Assembly: GCA_036635095.1 (NCBI GenBank)
Contig: JAVWRA010000001.1
Coordinates: 1-56,784 of the forward strand
Source: Ruthenibacterium sp.
GTDB taxonomy: Bacteria; Bacillota; Clostridia; Oscillospirales; Ruminococcaceae
Direction of reading: 5' to 3'
DNA: 56,784 bases
In this document: one piece after another, positions 56,333-56,784 of the stretch
Layout: every line of letters starts with the position of its first letter
How positions within the stretch are numbered: position 1 is the first letter of the stretch
Translations under genes and position numbers: made by a program
The notes under the pieces: generated by a model
What the model was told of the DNA's origin: nothing
The model's database searches: none
The model's input: the letters and a program-made list of their open reading frames with translations, nothing else

Positions 56333-56782
56333 CTAATCCATAATTTTTTCAAGTTCTTCAGACCCGCGTCCGCAAATCGGGCATATAAAATCTGCCGGTA
56401 TCGTGTCTGCATTCAGCACGTATCCGCAAATTTTGCAGCGGTAACCTTTGGTCGATTCTGCTTGATACACCGATGCTTTTGGCGGCGTTTTGCCGTTTTT
56501 GACGGTGTGATAATACGCGTAGCTCATGGGGATTTGCTCGTCCAGAATTTCGGCGGCAATCACTTCGCCCACAAAAAGAAAATGTGTACCCAAATCGACA
56601 CAGTTCACTACTTTACAACTGTAACGCGCAACTGCCTGTTCGCGCACATATGGCACGTTGTTTTCGTCGGTGTCGGTTTGATAACCTGAAAATTTGTTGA
56701 TGTCTTTGCTTGATTGGAAACCGAATTTTCCAATCAACTCCATGGTGGCTGATTGTGACAGCACAACAGCGGTGAAAAAGCC
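56333..56782 (-). CDS. flavin reductase-rubredoxin fusion (Hrb-like), 5'-truncated by the window edge
   Basis: frame open to the edge; FGFQS..D.NKF, GTH.LFVGEV and MSYAYYH, then CKICGY...CPICG. Confidence 0.85.
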   Translation of the reverse strand, partial: GFFTAVVLSQSATMELIGKFGFQSSKDINKFSGYQTDTDENNVPYVREQAVARYSCKVVNCVDLGTHFLFVGEVIAAEILDEQIPMSYAYYHTVKNGKTPPKASVYQAESTKGYRCKICGYVLNADTIPADFICPICGRGSEELEKIMD

Positions 56783-56784
56783 GG

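Noticed and set aside
1-56784. rRNA, tRNA, CRISPR arrays, IS elements, prophage or riboswitches
   Set aside because: No intergenic gap exceeds about 290 nt and none showed such patterns by eye; an Rfam/tRNAscan run would be needed to exclude small RNAs.

Overview
Gene-dense chromosomal window from a Bacillota (Clostridia) bacterium. Gene content and signals suggest a gut Oscillospiraceae/Ruminococcaceae-type organism; this taxonomy is inferred, not searched. No rRNA, tRNA, CRISPR array, transposase or phage gene was recognised. Left to right: shikimate/aromatic amino acid operon (pheA, aroB, aroC, aroE-aroK fusion, aroQ, aroF); DUF1653; two M23 peptidases; MATE; an HTH-WYL regulator followed by an unannotated 43-codon ORF; ychF-GT4-mtnN-HD; an OmpR-type two-component pair; pilT plus a PilJ-like pilin; uppP and xth; a YtrA-type GntR/ABC/CPBP operon; an RHH protein with clpB; a LacI-controlled maltodextrin ABC-malQ locus; galT; convergent asnS and aspS; DUF1015; EamA; an RpiR-controlled sialic-acid-type operon; an SDR resembling 12alpha-HSDH; and a truncated flavin reductase-rubredoxin. 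The best candidate for an undescribed system is the sialic-acid-type operon (43883-55512). It combines an Opp-family transporter, a NadB/Frd-like flavoprotein with a remodelled substrate site, an intact CE7 esterase in frame with a Ser-less paralogue, YhcH and NanA, but has no nanE or nanK. Other leads are an RHH regulator in front of clpB without CtsR/HrcA boxes, a WYL-adjacent acidic microprotein, a CIRCE-like symmetric bidirectional promoter, and a possible NAD-type bile-acid dehydrogenase coupled to a rubredoxin fusion. Family calls come from motif recognition by eye; no database search was run.
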